DNA of 64,000 nucleotides from Candidatus Woesearchaeota archaeon (GCA_964598185.1 CAZRAT010000001.1:3419-67418), one strand, 5' to 3'. Positions 1 to 10,311 are shown, counted from the first letter of the stretch. Notes: generated from the sequence alone by a model not told the origin. Made by a program: numbers and translations.

Positions 1-373
1 TTATAAGCCGAGCTGGAGTGCCATTGGCAGGGCGAGAATTTACACTTGCATTAAATCCTAAAAGTAAAAATAAAAAATCGCGAGTGTGGACTCGAGTTGG
101 CGAGGCGCCAACTGCAGTTAGAATGGATAAAAAATTATAATAGAAATATTTAAAAATACCATTCTTAAATAATATCATGGAAGAAAATTTATGTGAATAC
201 GCAAAACCAGTTTATTTTTTGGACAATCTAGTAATTTTATGTGAAGGAAATTTATGTGATGGAAAATATAAAAAAACAATTCATGTGGATGGAGAACCAA
301 AAAATATTTGTTTGATAAACGGATTACTAAATAACGAAGTAAGAGAAATAAGTTTAATTAAAAAAATGAATGA

Positions 374-1192
374 TTAAACTAATTCTAAATCAACCCTCAA
401 TCTAATTTTATAAGGGGCTATCTCTCCTGCGTGTTTTATTTTCAAAACTTTAATTTTCTTTTTACTTTTCTTAGCCTCTAATTTTATCTTCTCAATAATC
501 AAACCCTCTTCTCCAACTTTACAAAAGTCATAATAATAAATTCTTGTTTTCTTTTTACTCAACATAAATGCTTGTTCAAGAAAACTATCTTTCAAACGAG
601 GACGAGGCATAACTATAACATCCATCTTAGGCAAAGTTTTCGCAACTCGCTTAATATCTCCAGGAACAATCTCAACTTTATTTTTCAAATTATTTCTCTC
701 AACATTCAACTTTGCATATTTGTTTGCTTCCCTATTTATCTCGTTAGAATAAACTTTACCACATTTTGAATTCTTCGCAATAACAATTGAAAAAGGCGCA
801 ACACCTGCAAACATCACCAAAACAGTTTCTCTTTTTTTTATCTTCTTCGCAATTTCATTTCTCTCATTACTCAACCTTGGAGAAAAATAAGTTGTATCAA
901 CATTAAAACGAAAAACACATCCGTTCTCCCTATACAAAACTTCTTTAGTCTTCTCGCCAGCCAAATGCTTTGTCTCCATCTTCCTCAATCTTCCTTTAAA
1001 CTTTCCAGACTTTTCCAAAACAGTTGTAATCTGCTTTTGCTCTTTAAGAATTTTCTTTGCAAATTTTGCCCTTAGTAAAGATTTTCTCTGAAAATCTTTC
1101 GGGGTACACCCTTGGGTGATAGAACTACTTATATCGTCTGAAAAATTCACAATAGCAATATTTCCAAGGATGTTGAATGCTCGTTGTTTCAT
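374..1192 (-). CDS. Class I SAM-dependent tRNA methyltransferase, Trm5/Taw22-like (tRNA m1G37 / wyosine pathway); carries an in-frame copy of the 54-nt palindromic element near the N-terminus
   Basis: 272 aa; motif VLVMFAGVAPFSI resembles the Trm5 D-FAGxG SAM pocket and DVIVMPRP the NLPP-like motif; the N-terminal segment GCTPKDFQRKSLLRA is encoded by a repeat copy. Confidence 0.55.
   Translation of the reverse strand: MKQRAFNILGNIAIVNFSDDISSSITQGCTPKDFQRKSLLRAKFAKKILKEQKQITTVLEKSGKFKGRLRKMETKHLAGEKTKEVLYRENGCVFRFNVDTTYFSPRLSNERNEIAKKIKKRETVLVMFAGVAPFSIVIAKNSKCGKVYSNEINREANKYAKLNVERNNLKNKVEIVPGDIKRVAKTLPKMDVIVMPRPRLKDSFLEQAFMLSKKKTRIYYYDFCKVGEEGLIIEKIKLEAKKSKKKIKVLKIKHAGEIAPYKIRLRVDLELV
1065..1120 (-). 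repeat. Palindromic in-frame mini-element (~54 nt), copy 1, inside the Trm5-like gene
   Basis: TTTGCCCTTAGTAAAGATTTTCTCTGAAAATCTTTCGGGGTACACCCTTGGGTGAT; same flanks as the other copies, with a compensated internal stem AAGATTTTC/GAAAATCTT. Confidence 0.7.
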
Positions 1193-1722
1193 ATTAATTT
1201 AAACTCCTTATACACTCTCCAGTATTTTCCAGATTTTTTCATGATTGTAATATTATCAAACATTAATTCAAATTTAGGTTTATCTAATTTTTTAAGGTAA
1301 TTCCAAATTCCATCAAAGCTCTCTTTAGTATTTCCATAAGAGATTGTTGAATGTGGATTCCATTTTTTATCAAATTTATTAATTTCAATTCCTTTTATTT
1401 TCTTAATATCATTAATCATTTCTCTTTGTATATGTAAAGCTGATTTAGAAAATTCAAATTTTAAAAACGCAACAAATCTACGAAAATGGCTAAACCCAAC
1501 AATATTTATTTTAGAAGGTTTATGATTTTTAACAAATTCACTTAAAATTTTTTCTACTTCTTTTATATTATCAATTTCAAAAGGAACTTTTAAAGTGATA
1601 TGTGCTGGAAGTTTTGATTCTAAAACATATCTCTCTCCAAATTTTGGACCAACTTCTTTAACTAGTTTTTGTCTGTATTTCCCTACTTCCCCTTTAATTA
1701 AATAAAATATTGAATACTTCAT
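1189..1722 (-). CDS. 2H phosphoesterase superfamily (RNA 2',3'-cyclic phosphodiesterase / LigT-ThpR-like)
   Basis: 177 aa with two H-x-T/S-x motifs (AHITLK, PHSTIS) at the expected spacing; 4-nt overlap with the upstream gene. Confidence 0.55.
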   Translation of the reverse strand: MKYSIFYLIKGEVGKYRQKLVKEVGPKFGERYVLESKLPAHITLKVPFEIDNIKEVEKILSEFVKNHKPSKINIVGFSHFRRFVAFLKFEFSKSALHIQREMINDIKKIKGIEINKFDKKWNPHSTISYGNTKESFDGIWNYLKKLDKPKFELMFDNITIMKKSGKYWRVYKEFKLI

Positions 1723-1746
1723 AATTAAAACAAGAACTTATTATTT

Positions 1747-2787
1747 TTAAAACCATCTCCCCAAATCTTTTTGTTTCTGCTTTTCCTCAATTCCCTTCAA
1801 CCTTTCTAATTGTTTATTCACTCTTTCCTCTGAAAAATTATGTCTCTCAACTAAAATTTCTTTTATCTTCTTTTCATCAACTTTCTTAAAATCAAACTCA
1901 GCATCAACAAATTCTGGCTTATGAAACAACTCAAAAATCTCTTTCCAATCAAATCTATCCTCTTCACTTAACCCCATCATCTGCTCCTCAACACTCTCAA
2001 AAATCAAAACCGGCTGCTTGTATTTCTTAACAATATCCAACGCTCTCTTCTGCCCAATTCCAGGAATCCCCTTTGGATTATAATCTGTCCCAACCAAAAT
2101 CCCAAGACAAATCAACTGGTCCAAATCAATCTCCAGAGAATTCAACACATCATCCAGTTTAATCAATTCTATTTTAATTTCAACATACCCTGAATAAGTT
2201 TTTCTTTTTCTGGACAAAGTCAAATTCCTAATTAATTTAGGTGCTCCAAAAAGTAAACTATCGTAATCTTGACTCGCGCTCGCATAAACTTCTTCTTTAA
2301 CTTTACAAAGATAAGCTGCCTCTGCCTCGCCCTCTCCAAAAGCCTGAACAACCGGAATCCCCATTGCCTTCAAAAGTTCCTTGCTCTCTTCAATCATCTC
2401 GTTATCAAGACGAACCATCTGCGAACTATATTTTTTCATCCCAGATAAATCCTCTTCTTGCTTTGCATTTTCATATTTTTCTTTAGCCAAGTCCCGAATC
2501 CCTTCTCGCTTCTCATGTGTCTTTGACTTCAAATCAGGAGCAACCCCATCAAAAACATAAACTAACTTCATTCCCTCAGAAAGCAACGCAATATTTCTAT
2601 AAAAAATTCCAGAAAGGTGGCTCGTCACTTTCTTATTATCGTCCATCAACGGCGTCCCGTCATATTGCCTAATAGTGGACAAAAACTGATACAAAACATT
2701 AAATGCATCAACACACAAAGTTTTGTCTTTCAGCGCAACAACTTCAATTTCCTTCCGAGGTATTATTTCCCTTATGTTTAATCCCAT
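1747..2787 (-). CDS. fen: Flap endonuclease FEN1
   Basis: 346 aa; the N-terminus MGLNIREIIPRKEIEVVALKDKTLCVDAFNVLYQFL and XPG N/I domains are typical of archaeal FEN-1. Confidence 0.9.
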   Translation of the reverse strand: MGLNIREIIPRKEIEVVALKDKTLCVDAFNVLYQFLSTIRQYDGTPLMDDNKKVTSHLSGIFYRNIALLSEGMKLVYVFDGVAPDLKSKTHEKREGIRDLAKEKYENAKQEEDLSGMKKYSSQMVRLDNEMIEESKELLKAMGIPVVQAFGEGEAEAAYLCKVKEEVYASASQDYDSLLFGAPKLIRNLTLSRKRKTYSGYVEIKIELIKLDDVLNSLEIDLDQLICLGILVGTDYNPKGIPGIGQKRALDIVKKYKQPVLIFESVEEQMMGLSEEDRFDWKEIFELFHKPEFVDAEFDFKKVDEKKIKEILVERHNFSEERVNKQLERLKGIEEKQKQKDLGRWF

Positions 2788-2817
2788 ATTATTTAGATGT
2801 ATAAGAAATATAAATAT

Positions 2818-3153
2818 TTATCTAAAGCCCTTAGATTCTGGAAAAAATATAAGATTAAAGGGAGAGTCATAATGAGAATCGCAATTACCTATGCTTGTCA
2901 TAACTCCATCTTGAAAATCAGAAATAATCCTTTGATAACTTCCTAAATATTTACTTTCTCTAAAAAATGGTAAAGAAAAGTTAAAAGGGATTTTATTGAT
3001 TTCCCCAGAGATTGAGACTCCCCTTGGTTTTTCTGTATTTACATAAAGCTTTGCTAATCGTGAAAATCCTTTAAAAGATAAATCTCCTTTTATTTTTCCA
3101 ACTAAAGAATCTAATGTTATAATTTCTTCTTTATCTTCTTTTGAGCTATTCAT
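2818..3153 (-). CDS. Hypothetical protein
   Basis: 111-aa ORF with good coding density and no recognisable motif. Confidence 0.3.
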   Translation of the reverse strand: MNSSKEDKEEIITLDSLVGKIKGDLSFKGFSRLAKLYVNTEKPRGVSISGEINKIPFNFSLPFFRESKYLGSYQRIISDFQDGVMTSIGNCDSHYDSPFNLIFFPESKGFR

Positions 3154-3235
3154 AATATAACCACTATTTAGTAGTATTTAAAGTTTTTGTTTTATAATTA
3201 TTAACCTTTAAATAATTCAAATTTCTCTTATATTT

Positions 3236-5794
3236 ATGAAAACAGATTTCATCCCAATTGATTATGATTTTTTCGATTTTCAAGGGAAAAACTATGCGAA
3301 AATCATAGGAAGAAACAGCCAAGGCCATAGAGTTTGCATAATAGACTCTTGTCCAATTTACCTCTGGGCTATTTTAAAAGATAATCTAAAAAAAGAGAAG
3401 ATAAACAAATTAATAGAAAAATTAAAAAAAATAAAATTGGATTCAAAAGGAAGAAACACAAAAGTCGAATCAGTGGAATTGCATGAAAAAAAATTTCTAG
3501 GGAAAAAAGTCAAAGCACTAAAAGTTTTCGCAACAAACTACAAAGATTTACACGAGATTGCAAACAAACTTGACTTTTCAGAAATAGAAAAAAGAAGAGG
3601 ATATGATTTAGGACTCACAACACATTACATAATAGAAAAAAATATTTTACCTTTAAACTGGTATGAAATCTCTGGAGAAGTTTTAAACAATTCCTTAGAA
3701 TTTGGGGGAATAGATTCTATTCTTGAAGTTGATTTATGTTTAAAATTAGAGAACTCAAAAAAAATTCCAGACAAAAAATTCAAGCCAAAAGTCCTTTCTT
3801 ACGACATTGAAACAGACTCGTTAAAAATCGGTGAAGGAGAAATATTAATGATTTCATTAGTTTCAGATAATTTCAAAAAGGTTTTAACTTGGAAAGGTAA
3901 AAAAGATAATGAAAAAGAACTTGCGACTTCCATCGGAGGCTCTAAAAGAAGTCGCCGCACAGCACTTCGAGGAAGTTTGAAAGAAACCAACGGGTGTCAT
4001 TCATATGTTGAATATGTAAAAGATGAAACAGAACTTTTGGAAAAATTTGTAGAATACGTCAAAAAAATTTCTCCGGATTTTCTTACAGGATACTTTTCAG
4101 ATGGTTTTGATATGCCTTACATAAAAGCCAGAGCAGAAAAAAACAAAATAAAACTACCCTTAGGTTTAGACGGAACTCAACCAAAATTCTCAAGAGGAAT
4201 AAATTTAACAGGAAAAATAAACGGAATTGTCCACGTCGACCTTTTAAAATTTTTAAGAACTTCTTACGCCCAATATATGCAATCAGAAACCCTTTCATTA
4301 AACGAAGTTTCAAAAGAATTTCTCGGCGACACGAAAAAAGATTTCAAAATGAGGCATTCGTCAAATTTCAAAGGAATGGAGTGGAAAAAATATTACGAAT
4401 ACAATTTACATGATTCAGTTTTAGTCTTCAATTTATTTGAAAAATTCTGGCCAGACTTATTAGAATTTTCAAAAATTATACAAGAACCAATTTTCGAAGT
4501 CTCACGTAATGGTTTGTCAAAACAAGTTGAATCTTACATCTTACATAACCTAAAAACTTTCAATGAAATTCCAGAAAAACGCCCAACCTATGATGAAATT
4601 CGTGAAAGGCGTGAAAGACCTCATTCAAAAGGAGCATTTGTCTTCGAGCCAAAACCAGGGCTTTACAAAAAAATAGCAATGTTCGACTTTACATCAATGC
4701 ACACAAGCATAATCGTCTCATTTAATTTATCAAAATCAACACTTTTAGAAAAAAGGGAAAAGAATTCTTACGAATCTCCGGAGATAAATTACAAAGGAAA
4801 ACAAACAAAATTTTATTTTGAAAAAAAACCAGGATTTTTCCCAATACTTGTAAAAGAAATTTTTGAAAAAAGAAAACAATTCAAAACAGAATACAAAAAA
4901 AACTCAAACACAATCACTCAAGCACGAAGCAATGCATTTAAATTATTATCTGCATCAGTGCACGGCTATGTCGCTTTTTTCGGTGCAAGATATTTTTCAG
5001 CTGAAGCATCAAATTCAATTCTTGCTTTTGTAAGAAAACTAAACAAAGAAGCGATTGAAAAAACAAAAGAAGCAGGTTACAAAGTTATCTATGCTGATAC
5101 CGACAGCGTCGCTTTTTCCCTTGAAAACAAAACCCAAAAACAAGCACTAGAATTTTTAAAAAAATTAAATTCAGAACTTCCAGGAATTATGGAACTTGAA
5201 TTAGATGGATTTTTTGAAAGAGGACTATGGGTCACAACTCGTGCAGGAACAACAGGTGCCAAGAAAAAATATGCTTTAATAGACAAACAAGGAAAAATAA
5301 AAATAAGAGGTTTTGAAACAGTTCGAAGAGATTGGTGCAAAATAGCAAGAGAAGTTCAAAACAAAATTATCAGGCAAATTCTAAAAGAAGGTAATGAAAA
5401 GAAATCGCTTGAATATGTAAAAGAAATAATTAAAAAAATAAAGCAAAGAAAAATTGATAGAGAAGATTTAATTATAAGGACTCAGTTGAAAAAACCAATT
5501 TCAGAATACCTTGCAATTACTCCTCACGTTATTGCTGCAAAAAAAATGCAAGAACAAGAAATTCCAATAAGTCAAGGAAATTTAATAGAATATTTTATCG
5601 CGGAAACTCCCGGAAAGAAAAAACTCGTCAGAGATAGAGTGAAACTTCCTAATGAAAAAGGCGACTACGATATAGATTATTATTTGGAGAACCAAGTTCT
5701 TCCAGCTGTTGAAAACATTTTTCAAGTTTTTGGTTTAAACATTAAAGAAATCATTGATGGTAAGAAGCAGGATAAATTGGAGAAATGGTTTTAA
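3236..5794 (+). CDS. polB: DNA polymerase, family B
   Basis: 852 aa; exonuclease motif LSYDIETDS, polymerase motif C YADTDS (IYADTDSVAF), and a KKKYA-type motif. Confidence 0.9.
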   Translation: MKTDFIPIDYDFFDFQGKNYAKIIGRNSQGHRVCIIDSCPIYLWAILKDNLKKEKINKLIEKLKKIKLDSKGRNTKVESVELHEKKFLGKKVKALKVFATNYKDLHEIANKLDFSEIEKRRGYDLGLTTHYIIEKNILPLNWYEISGEVLNNSLEFGGIDSILEVDLCLKLENSKKIPDKKFKPKVLSYDIETDSLKIGEGEILMISLVSDNFKKVLTWKGKKDNEKELATSIGGSKRSRRTALRGSLKETNGCHSYVEYVKDETELLEKFVEYVKKISPDFLTGYFSDGFDMPYIKARAEKNKIKLPLGLDGTQPKFSRGINLTGKINGIVHVDLLKFLRTSYAQYMQSETLSLNEVSKEFLGDTKKDFKMRHSSNFKGMEWKKYYEYNLHDSVLVFNLFEKFWPDLLEFSKIIQEPIFEVSRNGLSKQVESYILHNLKTFNEIPEKRPTYDEIRERRERPHSKGAFVFEPKPGLYKKIAMFDFTSMHTSIIVSFNLSKSTLLEKREKNSYESPEINYKGKQTKFYFEKKPGFFPILVKEIFEKRKQFKTEYKKNSNTITQARSNAFKLLSASVHGYVAFFGARYFSAEASNSILAFVRKLNKEAIEKTKEAGYKVIYADTDSVAFSLENKTQKQALEFLKKLNSELPGIMELELDGFFERGLWVTTRAGTTGAKKKYALIDKQGKIKIRGFETVRRDWCKIAREVQNKIIRQILKEGNEKKSLEYVKEIIKKIKQRKIDREDLIIRTQLKKPISEYLAITPHVIAAKKMQEQEIPISQGNLIEYFIAETPGKKKLVRDRVKLPNEKGDYDIDYYLENQVLPAVENIFQVFGLNIKEIIDGKKQDKLEKWF

Positions 5795-5862
5795 ACATAA
5801 CCATTAAAAAAATATATGTTTTAGTTGCTATAAAGATATAAAGAATTAAATGATTAAGAAAT

Positions 5863-6840
5863 ATGCAAACAGCAATAGCAATAGATTATAGAGATTTTAT
5901 TCCAAATCCAGGAAATTGGCCAAGCACCTCTGAACAAAAAAAATTAGTGAATTTGGCAAGGGAAGAAATAAAAAAGAATAAAAAATATGATTCTACTTAT
6001 TGCTCTTATAAAGAAATAAAAGAGAGGGCAAAAGATAATCCTTTTTTAGGATTGCTACTTTTAAATGCTGTTCCTTTTCATAAAGAAACCTTTCAATATC
6101 TACAAGAAAAAGGAATTAATACATTAAAAAGAAGAGAATACTCTTCAGCAACAATATTTGCAAAAGCAACATTTCTTCCAGAAAAAGAATTCTCAATGTT
6201 ATTTAAAAAAGGATTAAAATTTTATCAAGAAGAAGTAAGTAACCACGAAAAGGAAATTTTAGAATTAGAAACAAACCTTTCAAAAACAGAATTTAATTTG
6301 GACTATGAAGAGGCTTTAATACATAAAAGCAATGCTTTAGAACAGCTTTCTATAATGCACAAGCTAATACACCATGAACAAGAAGCAGAAATAAAAGCTA
6401 TTCAAGCAGTTAAAATATTAGAAAAACTTGGAAAATATTCATGGAAAATAGGAGGAGTTAGCCCAGAAGAATGTCATTTTCAGCAAGCAGCAGGAATATT
6501 AGAAGATGTTAATGTTGAAGGACACATTTCAAAAAGAATAAGATACCTTACTAAAGGAGGAAATTATAGAGGGGCACTAGAACTCTCCAAAAGAACACAG
6601 GAATTTAATAAAAAAACAAGAAAAATTTTAAAAAAAGCTGCACACCAATACCAACAAGATTTCCTAGAAGATGAAGAGTTAAATTTTAGATCTGGACAAA
6701 TTGAATCATTACTTAAAAGGATAAATTGTTTTAAAGAATTAGGCTTACTCAAAAAAATAGATGAAGTACAAGGAGAATTAGATAAATTAACCTTTGGAGG
6801 ACAAAAAGAAAAAGAAGAATTCTATGCCAAATATGCTTAA
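5863..6840 (+). CDS. Hypothetical coiled-coil protein
   Basis: 325 aa, helical and charged, no recognisable domain. Confidence 0.3.
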   Translation: MQTAIAIDYRDFIPNPGNWPSTSEQKKLVNLAREEIKKNKKYDSTYCSYKEIKERAKDNPFLGLLLLNAVPFHKETFQYLQEKGINTLKRREYSSATIFAKATFLPEKEFSMLFKKGLKFYQEEVSNHEKEILELETNLSKTEFNLDYEEALIHKSNALEQLSIMHKLIHHEQEAEIKAIQAVKILEKLGKYSWKIGGVSPEECHFQQAAGILEDVNVEGHISKRIRYLTKGGNYRGALELSKRTQEFNKKTRKILKKAAHQYQQDFLEDEELNFRSGQIESLLKRINCFKELGLLKKIDEVQGELDKLTFGGQKEKEEFYAKYA

Positions 6841-6941
6841 AAAATCCTCCATAAAAATTTAAAGAAAATCAAAGAAATTATATTTTTCTCCAAAAAGAAA
6901 AAATCCATTAAGAATATAAAACCCTTTGAAGATATCTTATT

Positions 6942-7976
6942 ATGCAAAGAAAAACAACTCCCGACCTCGCACGAGAAATTAATAAAAAAGAATATTTCTC
7001 TCTACCACGAAATCGCTCGCCAGAACCTAAACCACTTTTTTTAGAAAGAATGCAAGAACTTCTTCCAGATAAAAAAGATTTTCAAAACTATTTAGATATT
7101 TTGAAAGTTCCTCCTGTGCGTTCTATTCGCTGTAATAAATTAAAAATTTCTCCAGAAGAATTAAAGAAAAAACTTGAAAATAAAAAATGGAAAATAAAAC
7201 AACCTTGGAAAAATTATCCAGAAGTTATGATTGTTGAAAATAATTTAGAACCAGGAGAATTAGGAAGAGCACTTGAACATCTTCTTGGCTATTATTATAT
7301 TCAAGAACTTGCAAGCATGTTACCTGTAATGGCTTTTGACCTAAAAGAAAATGAAACAATTTTAGATTTGTGTTCTTCTCCAGGAAGCAAAACAACACAA
7401 CTTGCTTCTGAAATAAAAAATATAGGAACAATAATCGCGAATGAAGTTAGTATAGGAAGAATAAAAATTCTTGCATCAAATTTAGAAAGATGTGGAGTAA
7501 CAAATACAATTATAACAAAAAAAGAAGGAAGATCATTTTGCAAAAGAATTAAAAAATACGACCCAGAATTTAAATTTTCAAAAATATTAGTAGATGCACC
7601 TTGCTCTGGAGAAGGAACCTTGCGAAGTTCTCTAAAAACTTATGTTATGTGGAATATTAAAACAATAAAAGCACTTCCAAGAATCCAAAAACAACTTGTT
7701 CTCTCTGCTTTTGAAATCTTAGAACCAGGAGGAGAATTAATTTATTCAACTTGCACTCACGCGCCAGAAGAAAACGAAGAAGTTATTGATTTTGTTTTAA
7801 AGGAATTAGGAAATAAAATAAAACTTGAAAAAGTTTCTTTACCTATAAAAGTAAGAGAAGGAATTATAAAATGGGAAAATCAAGATTTTTCATCAAAAGT
7901 AAAAAAATGTGCAAGAATTTATCCGCAAGACAATAATACTGAGGGATTTTTTATTGCGAAGTTTAGGAAAAAATGA
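6942..7976 (+). CDS. NOL1/NOP2/Sun-family RNA cytosine-C5 methyltransferase
   Basis: SAM motif LDLCSSPGSKTT, motif IV DAPCSGEG, motif VI YSTCT with catalytic Cys. Confidence 0.8.
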   Translation: MQRKTTPDLAREINKKEYFSLPRNRSPEPKPLFLERMQELLPDKKDFQNYLDILKVPPVRSIRCNKLKISPEELKKKLENKKWKIKQPWKNYPEVMIVENNLEPGELGRALEHLLGYYYIQELASMLPVMAFDLKENETILDLCSSPGSKTTQLASEIKNIGTIIANEVSIGRIKILASNLERCGVTNTIITKKEGRSFCKRIKKYDPEFKFSKILVDAPCSGEGTLRSSLKTYVMWNIKTIKALPRIQKQLVLSAFEILEPGGELIYSTCTHAPEENEEVIDFVLKELGNKIKLEKVSLPIKVREGIIKWENQDFSSKVKKCARIYPQDNNTEGFFIAKFRKK

Positions 7977-8431
7977 ACTATCTAAAAATTTTCTCACAAA
8001 AAGAAAAAGAAAACATAATTGAAAAATTAAAACAACAATTGGGAGTAACAAAAGTAAATGGAATTTTTGTTAAAAAAGGAACAGAACGATTGTTTTTATT
8101 TCAAGGGGATCTTACGCAAAAACAAATACATAATTTAGAACAAACTATTCCTATTGAACGAGTAGGTATTTATTTTGGAAAAATAATACATGATGAAATA
8201 CGATTAAGTATTGATGGGGTTCAGTTATTAAAAAACCAAATAACAAAGAACATTTTTGAACTTGATAAAGAACAAGCAGAACTTTGGATGAAAGGAAATG
8301 AACTTGAAATCAAAACAGGGAAAAAAGGATTTTTGATTATGAAATACAAAAATAATTTTCTTGGATGTGGAAAAGCCTCTGAACTAAAAATAGGGAATTT
8401 TATTCCTAAATCACGAAGACTTAAAAAATAA
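7973..8431 (+). CDS. PUA-like small RNA-binding protein; possibly the detached C-terminal module of the upstream m5C methyltransferase
   Basis: 152 aa; ATGA start/stop overlap with the NSUN gene; C-terminal GFLIMKYKNNFLGCGKAS resembles a PUA beta-barrel. Confidence 0.3.
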   Translation: MNYLKIFSQKEKENIIEKLKQQLGVTKVNGIFVKKGTERLFLFQGDLTQKQIHNLEQTIPIERVGIYFGKIIHDEIRLSIDGVQLLKNQITKNIFELDKEQAELWMKGNELEIKTGKKGFLIMKYKNNFLGCGKASELKIGNFIPKSRRLKK

Positions 8432-8449
8432 AGAATTCTATTAAAAAAA

Positions 8450-9328
8450 ATGAACAATCAAAAAATCCTCCAAGCAGGAAAAATATCATCAGAAGTTAAA
8501 AAATACGCAAGGTCTTTTATAAAAAAAGATATGCCCCTCTTAGAAATAGCTGAAAAAATAGAAAATAAAATTATAGAACTTGGAGGCAAAATGGCTTTTC
8601 CTACAAATTTGAGCATAAACAACATTGCTGCACATTATACCCCCTCTTACGACGATAAATCTCTTGCACATGGACTTTTAAAAATTGATTTAGGAGTTCA
8701 TATAGATGGGTGGATTGCAGATACTGCTTTTTCAATGGATTTAGAAGATAGCGAAGAAAACAAAAAATTAATTCAAGCTTCTAAAAAAGCATTAGAAAAT
8801 GCAATTAAAATTGCAAAAGAAAATGTTAGTGTAGGAAAAATAGGGCAAGTTGTTCAAGAAACAATTGAATCTTATGGATTTTCTTCTGTGATTAATTTAT
8901 CCGGACATCAGATTGAACAATATGAATTACACGCAGGATTAACAATTCCAAATATTGATAATAAACAAAAAGATAAACTAGAAAAAGGACTTTATGCAAT
9001 AGAACCATTTGCAACAACAAGAAATGGAAAAGTTCATGATGGAAAACCTTCAGGGATATATGTTTTAATTAATGAGAAAAATATAAGAAGTTCAATTGCA
9101 AGAGAAGTTTTGAAATTTATTTCTAAAGAATATAAGACCATTCCTTTTTGCTCAAGGTGGCTTGTAAAAAAATTTGGAACAAAAGCCTTGTTTGGATTAA
9201 AACAATTAGAAGACAATGGAAATCTGCACCACTTTGCACAATTAGTTGAAAAACAAGGTTCAAAAGTTGCACAAACAGAACAAACAATTTTAATTGATGA
9301 TAAAGAAGTTATTGTGACAAGCGAATAA
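8450..9328 (+). CDS. map: Methionine aminopeptidase, type 2 (archaeal)
   Basis: 292 aa; HYTP, DLGVHIDGWIADTAF, GHQIEQYELHAG and YAIEPFATT metal-ligand motifs. Confidence 0.85.
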   Translation: MNNQKILQAGKISSEVKKYARSFIKKDMPLLEIAEKIENKIIELGGKMAFPTNLSINNIAAHYTPSYDDKSLAHGLLKIDLGVHIDGWIADTAFSMDLEDSEENKKLIQASKKALENAIKIAKENVSVGKIGQVVQETIESYGFSSVINLSGHQIEQYELHAGLTIPNIDNKQKDKLEKGLYAIEPFATTRNGKVHDGKPSGIYVLINEKNIRSSIAREVLKFISKEYKTIPFCSRWLVKKFGTKALFGLKQLEDNGNLHHFAQLVEKQGSKVAQTEQTILIDDKEVIVTSE

Positions 9329-9332
9329 TTAT

Positions 9333-9698
9333 TTATTTAGAATATTTATTAACAGCCTCATCTAATTCTTCTAAATCAAATGGTTTCCCCAAAACAATTT
9401 TCGCTCCCAAATCAAGTGCTTTTTTTTCGACTTCCTCAACATTCCCTGTCATCATAATACAAGGAAATTTTTTCGCATATTTTTCAAGAAATCCCAACCC
9501 ATTTATTTCAGGTATTTTATAATTATAATCTGTAAGTATTAAACTTGGATTTATTTCTTCTGATTCTATTGCCTTATGAGACAACAATCCATTTTCATAA
9601 GTCTCAACATTATATCCCTTAAATATAAGAAAATTTTCTACAAATTCTCTAATAGATTCTTCATCATCCACTACTGCAATTGTTTTTTTATTTTCCAT
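9333..9698 (-). CDS. Standalone CheY-like response-regulator receiver domain
   Basis: 121 aa; DD pair (VVDDEE), phospho-acceptor Asp in LILTDYN, Thr in IMMTG, Lys in LGKPF. Confidence 0.7.
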   Translation of the reverse strand: MENKKTIAVVDDEESIREFVENFLIFKGYNVETYENGLLSHKAIESEEINPSLILTDYNYKIPEINGLGFLEKYAKKFPCIMMTGNVEEVEKKALDLGAKIVLGKPFDLEELDEAVNKYSK

Positions 9699-9704
9699 AG
9701 TAAA

Positions 9705-10311
9705 TTAATCAAAACAAATCTTATTTTTACCTTTCTCTTTAGCCTGATATAATTGTTCATCAGCCCTTTGAATAAATTCTTTAGAAGACTTTTCATCAAT
9801 ATATTGTGCAACCCCAAAACTAGCAGAAACATTAACTCTATTCCCTTGGGGGAAAGAACCTCTTTTCTACCAGCCTTTCTCTAATTCTTTCAGCAAGAAT
9901 AACAGCATTATCTTTTGTAGTTTCTGGTAAAATAACCGCAAATTCCTCTCCACCATATCTACAAGGAACATCTATCTTTCTTATAGAAGATTTAATTATT
10001 GAGCCAATATCTTTTAAGACTTCATCTCCTTCAGGATGCCCATAAGTATCATTATAATTTTTAAAATTATCTACATCCAACATAATTAAAGATAAAGAAT
10101 TATCGTGACGAGTTGAACGTGCCATCTCTTTTGATAAAGAATCATCAAAATACCTTCGGTTATAAAGATTAGTAAGACCATCAGTTATAGTTAAATTTTT
10201 ATACACCTCCACTCCTGCAGAAATTATTTTTTTTATTTCTGGTGAAACGTTATCATTAACTAATAAATTATTCAAAGCAATTATATCCAAAGATTTTTCT
10301 AATTTTTCCAT
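9705..10311 (-). pseudogene. GGDEF-domain diguanylate cyclase, disrupted by a 1-nt frameshift in a C5/G5 homopolymer around 9848-9852 (real pseudogene or sequencing error)
   Basis: Frame 1 encodes DGLTNLYNRRYF...RYGGEEFAVILPET and stops at 9838; the adjacent frame continues GNRVNVSASFGVAQY...ADEQLYQAKEKGKNKICFD to a TAA at 9705; removing one C restores an intact ~200-aa GGDEF domain. Confidence 0.6.

Noticed and set aside
177-377. 66-aa Cys-containing ORF at the window start
   Set aside because: No motif and a weak context. It is left unannotated but not excluded; it lies just downstream of the GC-rich structured segment.
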